A stretch of DNA of 64,000 nt from Nitrososphaerota archaeon (GCA_041641305.1 JBEPYN010000002.1:576001-640000); one strand, 5' to 3'; shown: positions 1 through 9,429, counted from the stretch's first letter. Notes: generated from the sequence alone by a model not told the origin. Made by a program: numbers and translations.

Positions 1-1753
1 CTTTCTGAATCTGTTTGATGAGTGAGTGGAGACGCATTTGTTTGACTTCCTTCCGTCCTCTGATGCGTAGTGCGAGTGTTCCCGACTTGGCCTCCTTTGG
101 CCCAAGTGTGGCTACATAGGGTATCCAGCTTGTCTCAGCCTCGTAGACTTTCTTGGCGAGTGTTTCGGGTCTGTCGTCTACGTCTACGCGGATATTGTGT
201 TGTGTGATTTTTTCGGCAAGCTTGACGGCGCGTTTGTTGTATTTTTCGTTGAGCGGCAGTATGCGGAGCTGTGTTGGGCAAAGCCATGTGGGTAGTGTCG
301 GCGGGTTCTTGCTTAACGCAGTGTCTACAACAGCGTATAGGTATCTTTCGACGGTTCCTATTAACGCCGAGTGAAGAATGACAGGATACTTCTTTTCACC
401 GTTTTTGTCAACATATGTTATGCCGAACCTCTCGGCGTTTCCGACGTCTATCTGAACCGTGCCTATTTCACGTGGTCGCCCAAACTTGTCTATGATGTGG
501 TACTCGATGTTAAGCACCCAGTAGTAGGAGCTGTTCTCAGGGTAGAAGGAGAGCAGCACGGGTTTCTTCTCCCTCTTGAGCAGTTTCCGGAAAAAGTCCC
601 GGTTTTCTTCGAAGAACCTTCTCGAGGTAAGGTTATACAACGAGTAGTAGTCACGGCCGAGTTTCTCGATCTCCCGGTAAATCTTGTCATGTATTCTCTC
701 GACCATTTGGAGGGCTTCTGGGATGTCGCGGCAGAAGACATGTAGGTCTGGCATGGACATTTTTCGCAGCCTGAAGCCGAGGACAAGCTCTCCTCTTTGC
801 TCGAGCCTGTAGCTGTCCGCGACCTCGAACATTCCGAAAGGCAGGCTCCTGTAGCTGATCACCCAGTTACGCGCCAGAGCAAACTGCTGGAAACAAGCCG
901 CGTAACGCATCACATAAGGCCTGCCATCCACCTCAACCCTGTACATTCTTTGGCCGAAGAGGCTGGCGTGTTCGCGGATGGGTCTGCTCTCGAGGCTGAA
1001 GAGGTTTGTTCCCTTGACAAAGTAGACAGGGAACCCGAGTTCTCTGACAATTTTTGAGGCATAATCTGATATCAGGTCGTAGACGATTGCGCCCTCGGGG
1101 CCGTAGTGCATGTGGCCGCTGTCGGAGAGCTCCTCCCAGTCGATGCCCAGCCTCTTCAAAACCTTGCCGTGCTCAGGCTCCGTCACCTCGTTCAACCCCT
1201 TGCCGAGCGCCTCTTTCTCAACAAGCACAGCCAATCCATCGGGTATGCGGGAGAGAGCCTCCTCGGGTTTGAGAAGCTCCCCATCAGGGGTCAAGACCAT
1301 GTAGCTCTTCTCAACCACGGTGGCCTGCTTCTGCTGTAGCGTGGCTTGGGTGAAGACCCTTGAACGCTCCGCAAGAGGATGGCCTTTGACGGATATTGTG
1401 AGAGTCTTGTTCCAGCCGAAAGGCGAGCGATGAACCTCAACCCCACGCTCCCTCGCCAACTTCTCCATCAGAGCAAGAACCTCCACAGCGTGCTCCGGCC
1501 TAGCCAGCTCACGGGAAAGATGCGCAAAAGGGTAGATGACGAGCCTCGGAATCTTTAGACGCTTCATGAACTCGACCGCGTCATCCACAGCGGCCTCAGC
1601 AACTCTTTCATCATCCTCGGGCTCCACAGAAGTCAACAACACATAGGCATCCTCAACCCGCACAGGCTCGGGAGAAGCCTCATCCACAACAGACGACTCC
1701 TTCTTCACAGGACGGTACTCGACAAAATCCACGTGAAGACCCAGAATCCTCAA
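1..1753 (-). CDS. thrS: Threonyl-tRNA synthetase, archaeal type with N-terminal editing domain (3' end runs off window)
   Basis: Absent from the ORF track because there is no stop in the window. Hand translation from TTG at 1753 gives LRILGLHVDF...YPFAHLS...RSPFGWNK...KGHPLAERSR (editing domain), RYAACFQQF, YRLEQRGEL..RLRKMSMPDLH, and an anticodon domain RVDVDDR. Confidence 0.96.
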   Translation of the reverse strand, partial: MRILGLHVDFVEYRPVKKESSVVDEASPEPVRVEDAYVLLTSVEPEDDERVAEAAVDDAVEFMKRLKIPRLVIYPFAHLSRELARPEHAVEVLALMEKLARERGVEVHRSPFGWNKTLTISVKGHPLAERSRVFTQATLQQKQATVVEKSYMVLTPDGELLKPEEALSRIPDGLAVLVEKEALGKGLNEVTEPEHGKVLKRLGIDWEELSDSGHMHYGPEGAIVYDLISDYASKIVRELGFPVYFVKGTNLFSLESRPIREHASLFGQRMYRVEVDGRPYVMRYAACFQQFALARNWVISYRSLPFGMFEVADSYRLEQRGELVLGFRLRKMSMPDLHVFCRDIPEALQMVERIHDKIYREIEKLGRDYYSLYNLTSRRFFEENRDFFRKLLKREKKPVLLSFYPENSSYYWVLNIEYHIIDKFGRPREIGTVQIDVGNAERFGITYVDKNGEKKYPVILHSALIGTVERYLYAVVDTALSKNPPTLPTWLCPTQLRILPLNEKYNKRAVKLAEKITQHNIRVDVDDRPETLAKKVYEAETSWIPYVATLGPKEAKSGTLALRIRGRKEVKQMRLHSLIKQIQK

Positions 1754-1863
1754 GCCCTGCAATACTCGAGAAGCCACGGTATTTAAACCAGCCAACCAGC
1801 GGCACACACCCCTCAGCGAGGTTAATGACAATCCTTATGAACCTCCACCCAATTCATGTTTCT

Positions 1864-2346
1864 ATGGGTAAGCAGGGTAAAGCTATAGTAAAGGCGCCGG
1901 TTGACGAGGTGATATCAGACCTTCTCAAGGCCTATGCAGACGAGTGGCTTGCACACTATCAGTACTGGGTTGCCGCCGTGACTTTGAAGGGTGTGGACGC
2001 TGACACGTTTAGACCAGTTTTGATGGAGATGTCCCAGCACGAGCTTAAACACGCTGAGAAACTGGCCAGAAGAATAATCCAGCTTGGTGGAAAACCTGTA
2101 CTGGAGTTCGATAAACTTTTGGCCACCAGCGGATGCGGCTACATTCCCCCGCCCGAGGACCCCACCAATTACGAGCAGCTGATTAAGGATATTTTGAAGG
2201 CGGAGGAGTGTGCCATCAAGTTTTACAGCAAGATGATTGAGAAGTATCGTTTGACAGATGTCGTCACCCATGAGCTGTTCGAGGAGCTTCTAGAGGACGA
2301 GGTGGAGGATGAACAGAAATGGGAAGATTTTCTCGCCAAGCTCTAA
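1864..2346 (+). CDS. DPS-like (DPSL/thioferritin) ferritin-family protein
   Basis: AYADEWLAHYQYW, ELKHAEKLARRIIQLGG, Cys pair SGCGY...EECAI, EDEVEDE di-iron ligands; ATG at 1864. Confidence 0.9.
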   Translation: MGKQGKAIVKAPVDEVISDLLKAYADEWLAHYQYWVAAVTLKGVDADTFRPVLMEMSQHELKHAEKLARRIIQLGGKPVLEFDKLLATSGCGYIPPPEDPTNYEQLIKDILKAEECAIKFYSKMIEKYRLTDVVTHELFEELLEDEVEDEQKWEDFLAKL

Positions 2347-2387
2347 CCTAAATAAGCCTCCTATCCATCATTCTTGTAGGCGATGGT

Positions 2388-3626
2388 TTGAAGGTTGCGC
2401 TTGTGCAGAGGCTGGACAGCTGGGCCGATTACAACCTCGATGAGTTGGAGGAGCTGTGCAGGTCGGCTGGCTACACTCCTGTGTATAAGCTGGTTCAACG
2501 GAGGCCTCCGCACAGCAAATACATGATAGGGCCGGGCAAGGTTGAGGAGCTACGCCGCGCGGTCAAGTCTCTAAAAATTGAGAAAATTGTTACGGAAAAC
2601 GAGTTGAAGCCTGTTCAGGAATACAACCTCGCCAAGGCCTTATCAATACCAGTGATTACGAGGACACAGCTCATTCTCGAAACCTTCGCCCGACGAGCAG
2701 CCTCAACCGAGGCCAAGCTCCAGATAAAGCTGGCCGAGCTTCAGTACGAGTTGTCGAGGGCTAAGGAGAAGGTGAGGCTTGCGAAGAAGGGTGAGCAGCC
2801 CGGGTTCCACGGCCTCGGCGCATATGAGGCGGATGTCTACTACAACGAGGTTTTCAGACGAATCGTCACAATCAAGCAGAAGCTAAAGCAGATTAGGATG
2901 AGGAAGAACCTTGTGAGGCAGAGGAGGTTAGAGGGTGGGCTTCCCATAGTAGCTTTATCGGGTTACACAAACGCTGGCAAAACAACGCTGTTCAACAGGT
3001 TCTCCGGCGAAGAGCATCCCGCCGGCTCCCAGCTTTTCACCACATTATCCACGACTGCGCGAATAGTGAGGTTCAGAGGCAGAAAAGCTTACTTGAGCGA
3101 CACGGTAGGGTTCATCAAAAACCTTCCCCACCTACTGGTTGAATCTTTCCACTCAACCCTAAGCGAGTTCATCTACGCCGACCTCCTGCTACTCGTTGTA
3201 GACATCAGCGAAGAAAAGTCGGTGGTCGAGACCAAGCTAAACACGTGTTTAAAGGTGCTCGATGAAGTGGGTGTCAAAAACGTGCCGATACTTGTCGTCT
3301 TCAACAAGATAGATATGGCGGAAGATTACCGGGCAAAGATTGAGAGCATAAACCCCGAGTTCCGCTACGTGGCTGTGTCGGCTCACACGGGGCAGGGGCT
3401 TGATGAATTGGAGGAGGCTGTCGCCGATATGATGGGCGGCTACATACGTGTAAGGGCTCAGCTTGAGGATGGGCATACCACTCCGTCTCTGCTAAACGAG
3501 ATAAAACAGTTCTGCAACGTTTTGAAAATCGAGTACAACAGCTCAGGCTACGAGATCGAGTGTGAAACACCGCTTCAGCTTGCCGAGAAGATTAAGAGGC
3601 TGGCGGCCGAGTTTCATGTCGTTTAA
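2388..3626 (+). CDS. hflX: GTPase HflX
   Basis: GYTNAGKTT, LFTTL, DTVGFI, NKID, VSA motifs; EAKLQIKLAELQY. Confidence 0.96.
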   Translation: MKVALVQRLDSWADYNLDELEELCRSAGYTPVYKLVQRRPPHSKYMIGPGKVEELRRAVKSLKIEKIVTENELKPVQEYNLAKALSIPVITRTQLILETFARRAASTEAKLQIKLAELQYELSRAKEKVRLAKKGEQPGFHGLGAYEADVYYNEVFRRIVTIKQKLKQIRMRKNLVRQRRLEGGLPIVALSGYTNAGKTTLFNRFSGEEHPAGSQLFTTLSTTARIVRFRGRKAYLSDTVGFIKNLPHLLVESFHSTLSEFIYADLLLLVVDISEEKSVVETKLNTCLKVLDEVGVKNVPILVVFNKIDMAEDYRAKIESINPEFRYVAVSAHTGQGLDELEEAVADMMGGYIRVRAQLEDGHTTPSLLNEIKQFCNVLKIEYNSSGYEIECETPLQLAEKIKRLAAEFHVV

Positions 3627-4080
3627 CGAGTTTCTGCTGCGTCAGGTGAGGCAGCTCGCGTCTTTCCAGTTCGGTGTAGCTGGGGAGCTGTTTTTCCCCG
3701 AAGGCTGCGTGGTCGAGGTTTCACCTTCCACGGGGAGGCCTCGGCGAGTCTGGCTCGAGGGAAAATGCGTAGCAACCATCAGGGCCACAGATGGTTGGCT
3801 GACGCTCACGGTTTTAGGGGCTCAGCGGTTAAACGCTCTCCTCGAGAGAGGTAGGAACAGGGTTGTGGTAAGCAACGAGGGCGCTGAACGGGTTGCTGCG
3901 GGCTACGATGTACAAGCTGGTTACGTGGTTGAGGCTGATGCGTCGATTATACCGGGTATGGAGGTGCTTGTTGTTGACAGAGATTATAGGCTTCTCGGTG
4001 TCGGTAAAGCGGTTGTCGCAGGTGTTGAGATGACGGAGCTTCGCCGTGGAGCGGTTGTAAAGGTTAGGCATAAGGTTTAA
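3616..4080 (+). CDS. PUA-domain RNA-binding protein (archaeosine TGT C-terminal-like)
   Basis: FQFG, S.STGRPRRV, IRATDG.LTL, EVLVVD..LLGVGKA..G.VVKVRH; ATG at 3616. Confidence 0.85.
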   Translation: MSFNEFLLRQVRQLASFQFGVAGELFFPEGCVVEVSPSTGRPRRVWLEGKCVATIRATDGWLTLTVLGAQRLNALLERGRNRVVVSNEGAERVAAGYDVQAGYVVEADASIIPGMEVLVVDRDYRLLGVGKAVVAGVEMTELRRGAVVKVRHKV

Positions 4081-4107
4081 ACATGGTATAGTGGGGGGTA
4101 TGGTGAT

Positions 4108-4476
4108 TTGAAGAGGCTCAGTCCCCGTGAGATGAGACGTGCACAGGAGAGGATGCTGAAGAGCCTCGGCCTCAACGTTGAGGAGATAGGGCAAGCTGAC
4201 GAGGTCGTCATCAAACTTGGTGAACGCGTGATCACGTTGAAGGGGCCGCTAGTCTATGCTGTCAAAACAGGAGGCGAAAAAGTTTTCCAGATAATTGGCG
4301 GAGAAGAGGTGGCGGCGCAGGTGGAGGAGACGAAGCCTGTTTACATGCCGTCGGAGGAAGATGTTTCGCTGGTGATGGCGCAGACAGGCGTGTCAGAGGA
4401 TGAGGCGAAGAAAGCGCTTGTCGAATCGGGAGGAGACCTAGCCAAAGCCATCCTAATACTCCGCTCAAGAAGATAA
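4108..4476 (+). CDS. nac: Nascent polypeptide-associated complex protein (aNAC)
   Basis: NAC domain plus C-terminal UBA (EEDVSLVMAQTGVSEDEAKKAL..GGDLAKAI). Confidence 0.93.
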   Translation: MKRLSPREMRRAQERMLKSLGLNVEEIGQADEVVIKLGERVITLKGPLVYAVKTGGEKVFQIIGGEEVAAQVEETKPVYMPSEEDVSLVMAQTGVSEDEAKKALVESGGDLAKAILILRSRR

Positions 4477-6054
4477 GACGACAAGCGGCCGCAGGTCCAG
4501 CAGCTCCTCGGCCTCTTTCACATTCATTTTTGCGACCAATCCGCCTGTGAAATACCGGGCAAGCTCACGGGCTTCATTTGACGAAGCAGGGACGACATCA
4601 GAGGAATACTGTGCATCACCGGTCATACGCTCGACCTCGCGCACTCCGAGAGACAGCTCATCGAGCCTCTTCATCCTGTCCGCCGCTCTTCTACTCGCTC
4701 TGCTTCCCAGAAGAACCACAACATCATCCACGCCGCTGCATTCTTGTGCAGCCTTCCTCACTAGCTCAACTCTGCCAAAGCCCTGCTTGGTGACAAGCTG
4801 CTCAACACCCACAAGAGACACAACATACGAGCCTTCTTCCCCTGGCCAGAAACGCTGCAAAAACCGTTTTTTCGCGGTGAAGGCGGCTACAACCGTCTCC
4901 ACCGTCTCGTTCAAATTGTCCCAGAATTTTCTTTCAGAGTTCCCAGACTTGAGGAAGAGGTTTAGCATGTTTATGGAGGCTTTTCCAGAAATAATCCCCG
5001 CCTCACCGAAGGGATGGCCCTCCGAGGAAACCGCCCCACGGGCCATAACAAGCAGAAAACCATCAACCGGCTGCATAACCGTTTTGTCAAAAGGCCGAAT
5101 AACGCTTATTTCCGCTTCAGCCAACCAGTTTGAAGTGTTTTCCCGCGGCTCTGAGTAGAAAATGGAGAGCCTCCTCCCAAACATGCGCACCGAATCAGAC
5201 AAGAGCATTAGCATGTCTTCGTTCATGTCAGGGTCTCGCAAAACCACCTCAGCCTCAACACCCCCAACCTCGCCGATAACCGTCCTCACCAAATCGGGGA
5301 GATACAGACGCGAATAGACGCTGAAGCACCATGTCTCCAAACCCTCAAAATCAATAGTGCCCAGGAGATATAGTCGAGCCGCTTCCCTCGGCAGAATCTT
5401 GTGAACAACATATTCTCTGAAAACCGATGCAGAGGTTGTCGCCATTAGAGACATGAAATTTCTTTGACCACGGTTCTCGCTAAGCATCCTATCGACATCG
5501 GCGACGGGCATGCCCAGCCTCGCCAGCTTATTCCTATGCTCCAGCAACCCATGCTCGACAAGTAACGCGTTGACCATCTCCCGTATTAAGGGGGCGGAGA
5601 GCTCGCCGAGCTTAAGCTCCTCAAGCTTCTCCTCAAACAGTTTAACAATCTTATCCGCGGCCTTCGGAGGCATAGACGCCTCCTCCACAAGAACTCTCGC
5701 AATCTTGTTTCTGTCAAAATCTTCAAGAAACATATCAGACCTCCGAACCTTAATCCTTTGGGAGATCCTCTCCCTCATCTCATTCAAGATTTTCAGAACC
5801 TGTGCACCCTTTGTCGTCAACTCATAGCTTTTGGTGTGACGGTTGACCGTTATCAAGCCTGCGGCATAGAGCATCTTAAGATGATGCGCAAACTTTCCGG
5901 CGTCGCTCTTCTTATCCATTCCGAGAACATGCATCAACTCGGTGTAATTCAGCGAGCTTTTCTCCAGCTGCCTAAGGATATTAATCCTATTGGGTGAAGC
6001 TAATGATTTGAATATTTTAGCGTCATCGATTGCTTCGCTCATCTCGAGACACAT
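4465..6054 (-). CDS. ArsR-type wHTH + ATP-cone + degenerate class III ribonucleotide reductase (NrdD)-like domain protein
   Basis: N-terminal IFKSLASPNRINILRQL...FAHHLKML..AGLI..YELTTKG (wHTH); VRRSD..LEDFDRNKI...LIREMVN.LL (ATP cone); REY...ILP..AA, SINM, VSLVGVE, YFTGG (NrdD-like). No glycyl-radical loop. Confidence 0.75.
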   Translation of the reverse strand: MCLEMSEAIDDAKIFKSLASPNRINILRQLEKSSLNYTELMHVLGMDKKSDAGKFAHHLKMLYAAGLITVNRHTKSYELTTKGAQVLKILNEMRERISQRIKVRRSDMFLEDFDRNKIARVLVEEASMPPKAADKIVKLFEEKLEELKLGELSAPLIREMVNALLVEHGLLEHRNKLARLGMPVADVDRMLSENRGQRNFMSLMATTSASVFREYVVHKILPREAARLYLLGTIDFEGLETWCFSVYSRLYLPDLVRTVIGEVGGVEAEVVLRDPDMNEDMLMLLSDSVRMFGRRLSIFYSEPRENTSNWLAEAEISVIRPFDKTVMQPVDGFLLVMARGAVSSEGHPFGEAGIISGKASINMLNLFLKSGNSERKFWDNLNETVETVVAAFTAKKRFLQRFWPGEEGSYVVSLVGVEQLVTKQGFGRVELVRKAAQECSGVDDVVVLLGSRASRRAADRMKRLDELSLGVREVERMTGDAQYSSDVVPASSNEARELARYFTGGLVAKMNVKEAEELLDLRPLVVLSS

Positions 6055-6102
6055 AGACCCGTCTGCACCTGCTTATTGGCTTATCGTTTCAAGGTTAAAA
6101 TC

Positions 6103-6116
6103 AGACTATCTAGTCT
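6103..6116. promoter_or_regulatory. Inverted repeat AGACTA-TC-TAGTCT just downstream of a TATA-like GTTAAAA in the divergent HTH-NrdD/argF intergenic region
   Basis: Perfect 6-2-6 palindrome seen directly; a function is only inferred. Confidence 0.3.
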
Positions 6117-6127
6117 TGGGGTGCGTG

Positions 6128-7060
6128 GTGAAGTTGAGGCATTTCTTGGAGGTCGGCGACCTCAAGCCCAAAGAAATAGACGCAATTGTTTCTGCTGCAC
6201 TGCGTTGGAGAAAACGTGGATACCCGAAGACAAAGCCTCTCCGCGACAAAACAGTTGTTCTCGTTTTTCAGAAGCCTTCGACGAGGACACGTGTATCTTT
6301 TCAGGCTGCTGTGGCTAAACTGGGAGGTGAGTCGATGTATCTCGGCTGGAGCGAGCTTCAGCTGGGCCGCGGAGAATCTGTTGAGGACACTGGCAAGGTT
6401 CTGGCGAGATATGTTGATTGCATAGTTGCGCGTGTGTTCGGCCACGGCGACTTGGTGGAGCTGGCTAAAAACGGACGCATACCTGTGGTCAACGCGCTCA
6501 GCGACAGGCATCACCCATGTCAGGCTTTGGCCGACCTCATGACCATTTACATGTATTCGAAGAAACCGTATCAGTCGAAAGTGGCTTTCGTTGGCGACGG
6601 AAACAACGTATGCGTCTCGCTTATGCAGGTTTGTGCGGCGGCGGGTGTTGACATAGCGGTGGCCACTCCACCGTCATACAGGCCGCCGGAAGAGGAGGTG
6701 AAGAAGGCTCTCAAAGTCGCTGAGGAAACAGGGTCCAGCATCATCTTGACAGACGACCCAAGTGAAGCCGTTAGAAACGCCGACTTTGTCTACACAGATG
6801 TCTTTGTCTCGATGGGTCAGGAACAGGAGCGGAACAAGAAACTAGCCGACTTCCTCCCAACCTACCAAGTCAACACCGCGTTGATGTCACGGGCCAAGCC
6901 AACGGCCAAGTTCATGCACTGCATGCCCATGCACCTCGGCGAAGAAGTCACACCCGAAGTAGCCTATGGGCCACAATCCGTGATTTACGACCAGGCCGAG
7001 AACAGGATGCACACCGAGGCAGCGCTGCTCGCCTATCTTCTGCGAGGTAGGGTTAAATAG
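6128..7060 (+). CDS. argF: Ornithine carbamoyltransferase
   Basis: FQKPSTRTR, HPCQALAD, VGDGNNV, YTDVFVSMG, FMHCMP, QAENR; probable GTG start at 6128. Confidence 0.95.
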   Translation: MKLRHFLEVGDLKPKEIDAIVSAALRWRKRGYPKTKPLRDKTVVLVFQKPSTRTRVSFQAAVAKLGGESMYLGWSELQLGRGESVEDTGKVLARYVDCIVARVFGHGDLVELAKNGRIPVVNALSDRHHPCQALADLMTIYMYSKKPYQSKVAFVGDGNNVCVSLMQVCAAAGVDIAVATPPSYRPPEEEVKKALKVAEETGSSIILTDDPSEAVRNADFVYTDVFVSMGQEQERNKKLADFLPTYQVNTALMSRAKPTAKFMHCMPMHLGEEVTPEVAYGPQSVIYDQAENRMHTEAALLAYLLRGRVK

Positions 7061-7082
7061 GTCGCGAGACCGCTGAAAAGGC

Positions 7083-7253
7083 GTGGGCATATCGAGCTTT
7101 TTCAAGTCAGCGCTGACAACCTTAAGGATGGCGAAAAAACCATCTTGGAAAGAATATTCCATAACGCTGAGAATAACTTTGCTGGGGCTGGCCATAATAG
7201 GTGTCCTGGCTTTCATAATCAGGTTTCTGGCGATAGCTTTCCAGCCTGCTTGA
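7083..7253 (+). CDS. secE: Protein translocase subunit SecE/Sec61-gamma (56 aa)
   Basis: Below the ORF-track cutoff. GTG7083 gives MGISSFFKSALTTLRMAKKPSWKEYSITLRITLLGLAIIGVLAFIIRFLAIAFQPA*, with the KKP..KEY motif and one TM helix, in the canonical position before spt5. Confidence 0.9.
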   Translation: MGISSFFKSALTTLRMAKKPSWKEYSITLRITLLGLAIIGVLAFIIRFLAIAFQPA

Positions 7254-7308
7254 TGAGGGTTTTTATAAGCGGCTACGAGCATAAGTAGGCAGGTTGAGCA
7301 CGACTGGG

Positions 7309-8193
7309 ATGAAGTATTTCGCGGTCAAGACAACGGTGGGTCAGGAGAGGACTGTAGCCAACGTTCTCGAGGCACGGTTCCACGGCATTTTCCTCGACTT
7401 TGTCGCCGAACCTGTAGGGACTATCACGATAAGCGACAAAACCCACGGCGCTGTGGTTTTCTCCTCACCTAAATCCACTACACTGGAGAAGGTGGCGATA
7501 TATGTATCCAAGACAGGAGAGCCGACCGAACCTCTGCACGCCCAGTTAACCGAGTACAGCGATGAAACAGGGTTTGGGTCTGAGACTCTGGGAGAAGGTA
7601 GGTACGACCCATTGCTTCTCAAAACGGAGAGCTGGGCTGAGATAGTTTTCCGCTCACCTGTAAAACTGAGGCGGGGCGCATCCTATGCTCTGAAGATTTT
7701 CAAGACGGCGGAGGAAGCAGGCGGCTATAACCTGTTTCTTGGGGATGGTGAGAAGGAGGATGTGCGGTTTAAGGTGTTTGAGCTGGGAGAGTGGAGAGAC
7801 GATGCACGTCTTCCGCTCTTCAAGCTAATTGAGAAGCCGTCTATTGCTTCAATATTCATTCTCCCAGCTCTGAAGGGCTATGTGTTTGTTGAAGCGGCGT
7901 CGAAAGAGGTTATCGCAGATGCGTTGCAGAATGTTAGACATGTGAAGGCGAGGCCGCCGATGCCTGTGAAGCTGGAGACAATCGCCTCACACTTGGTTGA
8001 GAAACCTTTGATAGAGGTTTTGTCTGCGGGGCAGATGGTTGAAATCGTGTCCGGGCCTTTAAAGGGCATCGTCGGCAAAGTCATCAGGGTGGAGAAGTCG
8101 AGGCGCGAGGTCACGCTTGAGCTGAAGGAGGCGGCTTTCCAGCTTCCCATATCAGTCTCCATCGACGCCGTCCGCCCTATAGACAAGACGTAG
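7309..8193 (+). CDS. spt5: Transcription elongation factor Spt5 (NusG family) with ~150-aa insertion in the NGN domain
   Basis: YFAVKTTVGQERTVA...LKGYVFVEA (NGN) and GQMVEIVSGPLKG..GKV (KOW); lies between secE and rpl11. Confidence 0.92.
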   Translation: MKYFAVKTTVGQERTVANVLEARFHGIFLDFVAEPVGTITISDKTHGAVVFSSPKSTTLEKVAIYVSKTGEPTEPLHAQLTEYSDETGFGSETLGEGRYDPLLLKTESWAEIVFRSPVKLRRGASYALKIFKTAEEAGGYNLFLGDGEKEDVRFKVFELGEWRDDARLPLFKLIEKPSIASIFILPALKGYVFVEAASKEVIADALQNVRHVKARPPMPVKLETIASHLVEKPLIEVLSAGQMVEIVSGPLKGIVGKVIRVEKSRREVTLELKEAAFQLPISVSIDAVRPIDKT

Positions 8194-8227
8194 GTTTAAG
8201 AATAGCCAATCTGGGAAGGGGTTAGAC

Positions 8228-8716
8228 ATGGGTGAAAAAACTTTCCGCTTCCTCGTAGAAGGCGGCAAGGTCACGGCAGGGCCTCCCCTGGGCCCAGCCC
8301 TAGGGCCTCTAGGGCTGAATGTTATGGCCGTGGCTGAAGAGGCTAACAGGCTTACACAGGAGTTTAACGGCATGCGTGTCCCGATAGAGGTGGTGGTAGA
8401 CACAGATACTAAGAAGTTTGAGATAAAGGTTGGGACGCCGAGCACCTCGGCTCTTTTAGCCAGTGCGGCGGGCGTCCAGAAGGGAAGCGGGACCGCGGGA
8501 CGCGATTACGTGGGCGACCTCAAATTCACCGATGTTGTGAAGATCGCTAAGACGAAGCTTCCAGACATGAGGTCCAAGACATTGAAAGCTGCTGTCAAAG
8601 AGATACTCGGCTCATGCGTCAGCATGGGGATAAAGGTGGACGGCATGGACCCTAGAGAAGTCGTCAAGCTCGTCGAACAGGGAAAATACGACCAGCTACT
8701 GGGTGAAGAGAATTGA
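8228..8716 (+). CDS. rpl11: 50S ribosomal protein L11 (uL11)
   Basis: GGKVTAGPPLGPALGPLGLN, GSCVSMG. Confidence 0.97.
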   Translation: MGEKTFRFLVEGGKVTAGPPLGPALGPLGLNVMAVAEEANRLTQEFNGMRVPIEVVVDTDTKKFEIKVGTPSTSALLASAAGVQKGSGTAGRDYVGDLKFTDVVKIAKTKLPDMRSKTLKAAVKEILGSCVSMGIKVDGMDPREVVKLVEQGKYDQLLGEEN

Positions 8717-9372
8717 TGCGCGCCGCTTTAGCCAAGGCAGTGGAAGCCGTCAAACAGGCTAAGCAGAACAAGAAGAACACAAAGTTTAAGCAATCGGTGG
8801 AGCTGGTGATCAACGTCACGGGAGTGGACCTTACCAAGCCGCAGAACAGGTTTTCAGAGGTTATTGAGCTTCCTAACGGACTTGGAAGAAAGCGGAGAAA
8901 AATCCTTGTCATAGCGTCGGGAAACCTTGCACTAGAAGCCTCTAAGACGCCGGGTGTCGACCGGGTCATTCAGAAAGAGGAGCTGGAGGCCCTTGTGGGC
9001 AGGAAAAAAGAGGCGAAGAAAATCGCTTCAGAGTATGATTTTGTCTTGGTTGAGCCCGCTCTGGTGGCGTTGGCTGCGAGAGCTCTTGGAGCAGCTCTCG
9101 GCGCGAGAGGTAAAACGCCTGTACCTATTCCACCCGGCTCCGACATACAGAAGCTCGTGAAAAGATATGAGAACAGCGTCCAAGTCACCATGAGAAAATC
9201 ACCGCAAGTCGCCTGCATAGTCGGCGTGGAGGAGGACCCTGATGAGAAAATAGCCGAAAATATAGAGACGGTGTTAAGCAGGGTTGTCGAGAAGCTTGAA
9301 AAAAAGAAACGGAACATCTCCGGCGTATACGTCAAGACAACGATGGGCAAGCCTGTCAAGGTGGAGATCTGA
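8713..9372 (+). CDS. rpl1: 50S ribosomal protein L1 (uL1)
   Basis: KFKQSVEL.IN, LPNG, YVKTTMGKPVK. Confidence 0.96.
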   Translation: MMRAALAKAVEAVKQAKQNKKNTKFKQSVELVINVTGVDLTKPQNRFSEVIELPNGLGRKRRKILVIASGNLALEASKTPGVDRVIQKEELEALVGRKKEAKKIASEYDFVLVEPALVALAARALGAALGARGKTPVPIPPGSDIQKLVKRYENSVQVTMRKSPQVACIVGVEEDPDEKIAENIETVLSRVVEKLEKKKRNISGVYVKTTMGKPVKVEI

Positions 9373-9429
9373 TGAATAACTTGATTAATCGCCGAAGGTA
9401 TGGGGCTGGCAACATGGAGCGATGAAGCC

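Noticed and set aside
153-1339. Several plus-strand ORFs in the ORF track
   Set aside because: Shadows of thrS, which occupies the minus strand and is missing from the track only because its stop is outside the window.
4465-6054. Functional anaerobic ribonucleotide reductase (nrdD)
   Set aside because: Lacks the glycyl-radical loop and zinc ribbon, is too short, and has no adjacent activase.
7381-7842. Spt5 insertion as an intein
   Set aside because: No N-terminal Cys/Ser block, no His-Asn followed by Cys/Ser/Thr at the C-terminal junction, and no LAGLIDADG motif.
9369-9427. Possible C/D-box sRNA (TGATGA ... GATGA)
   Set aside because: No properly placed terminal CTGA D box; the TGATGA includes the rpl1 stop codon.
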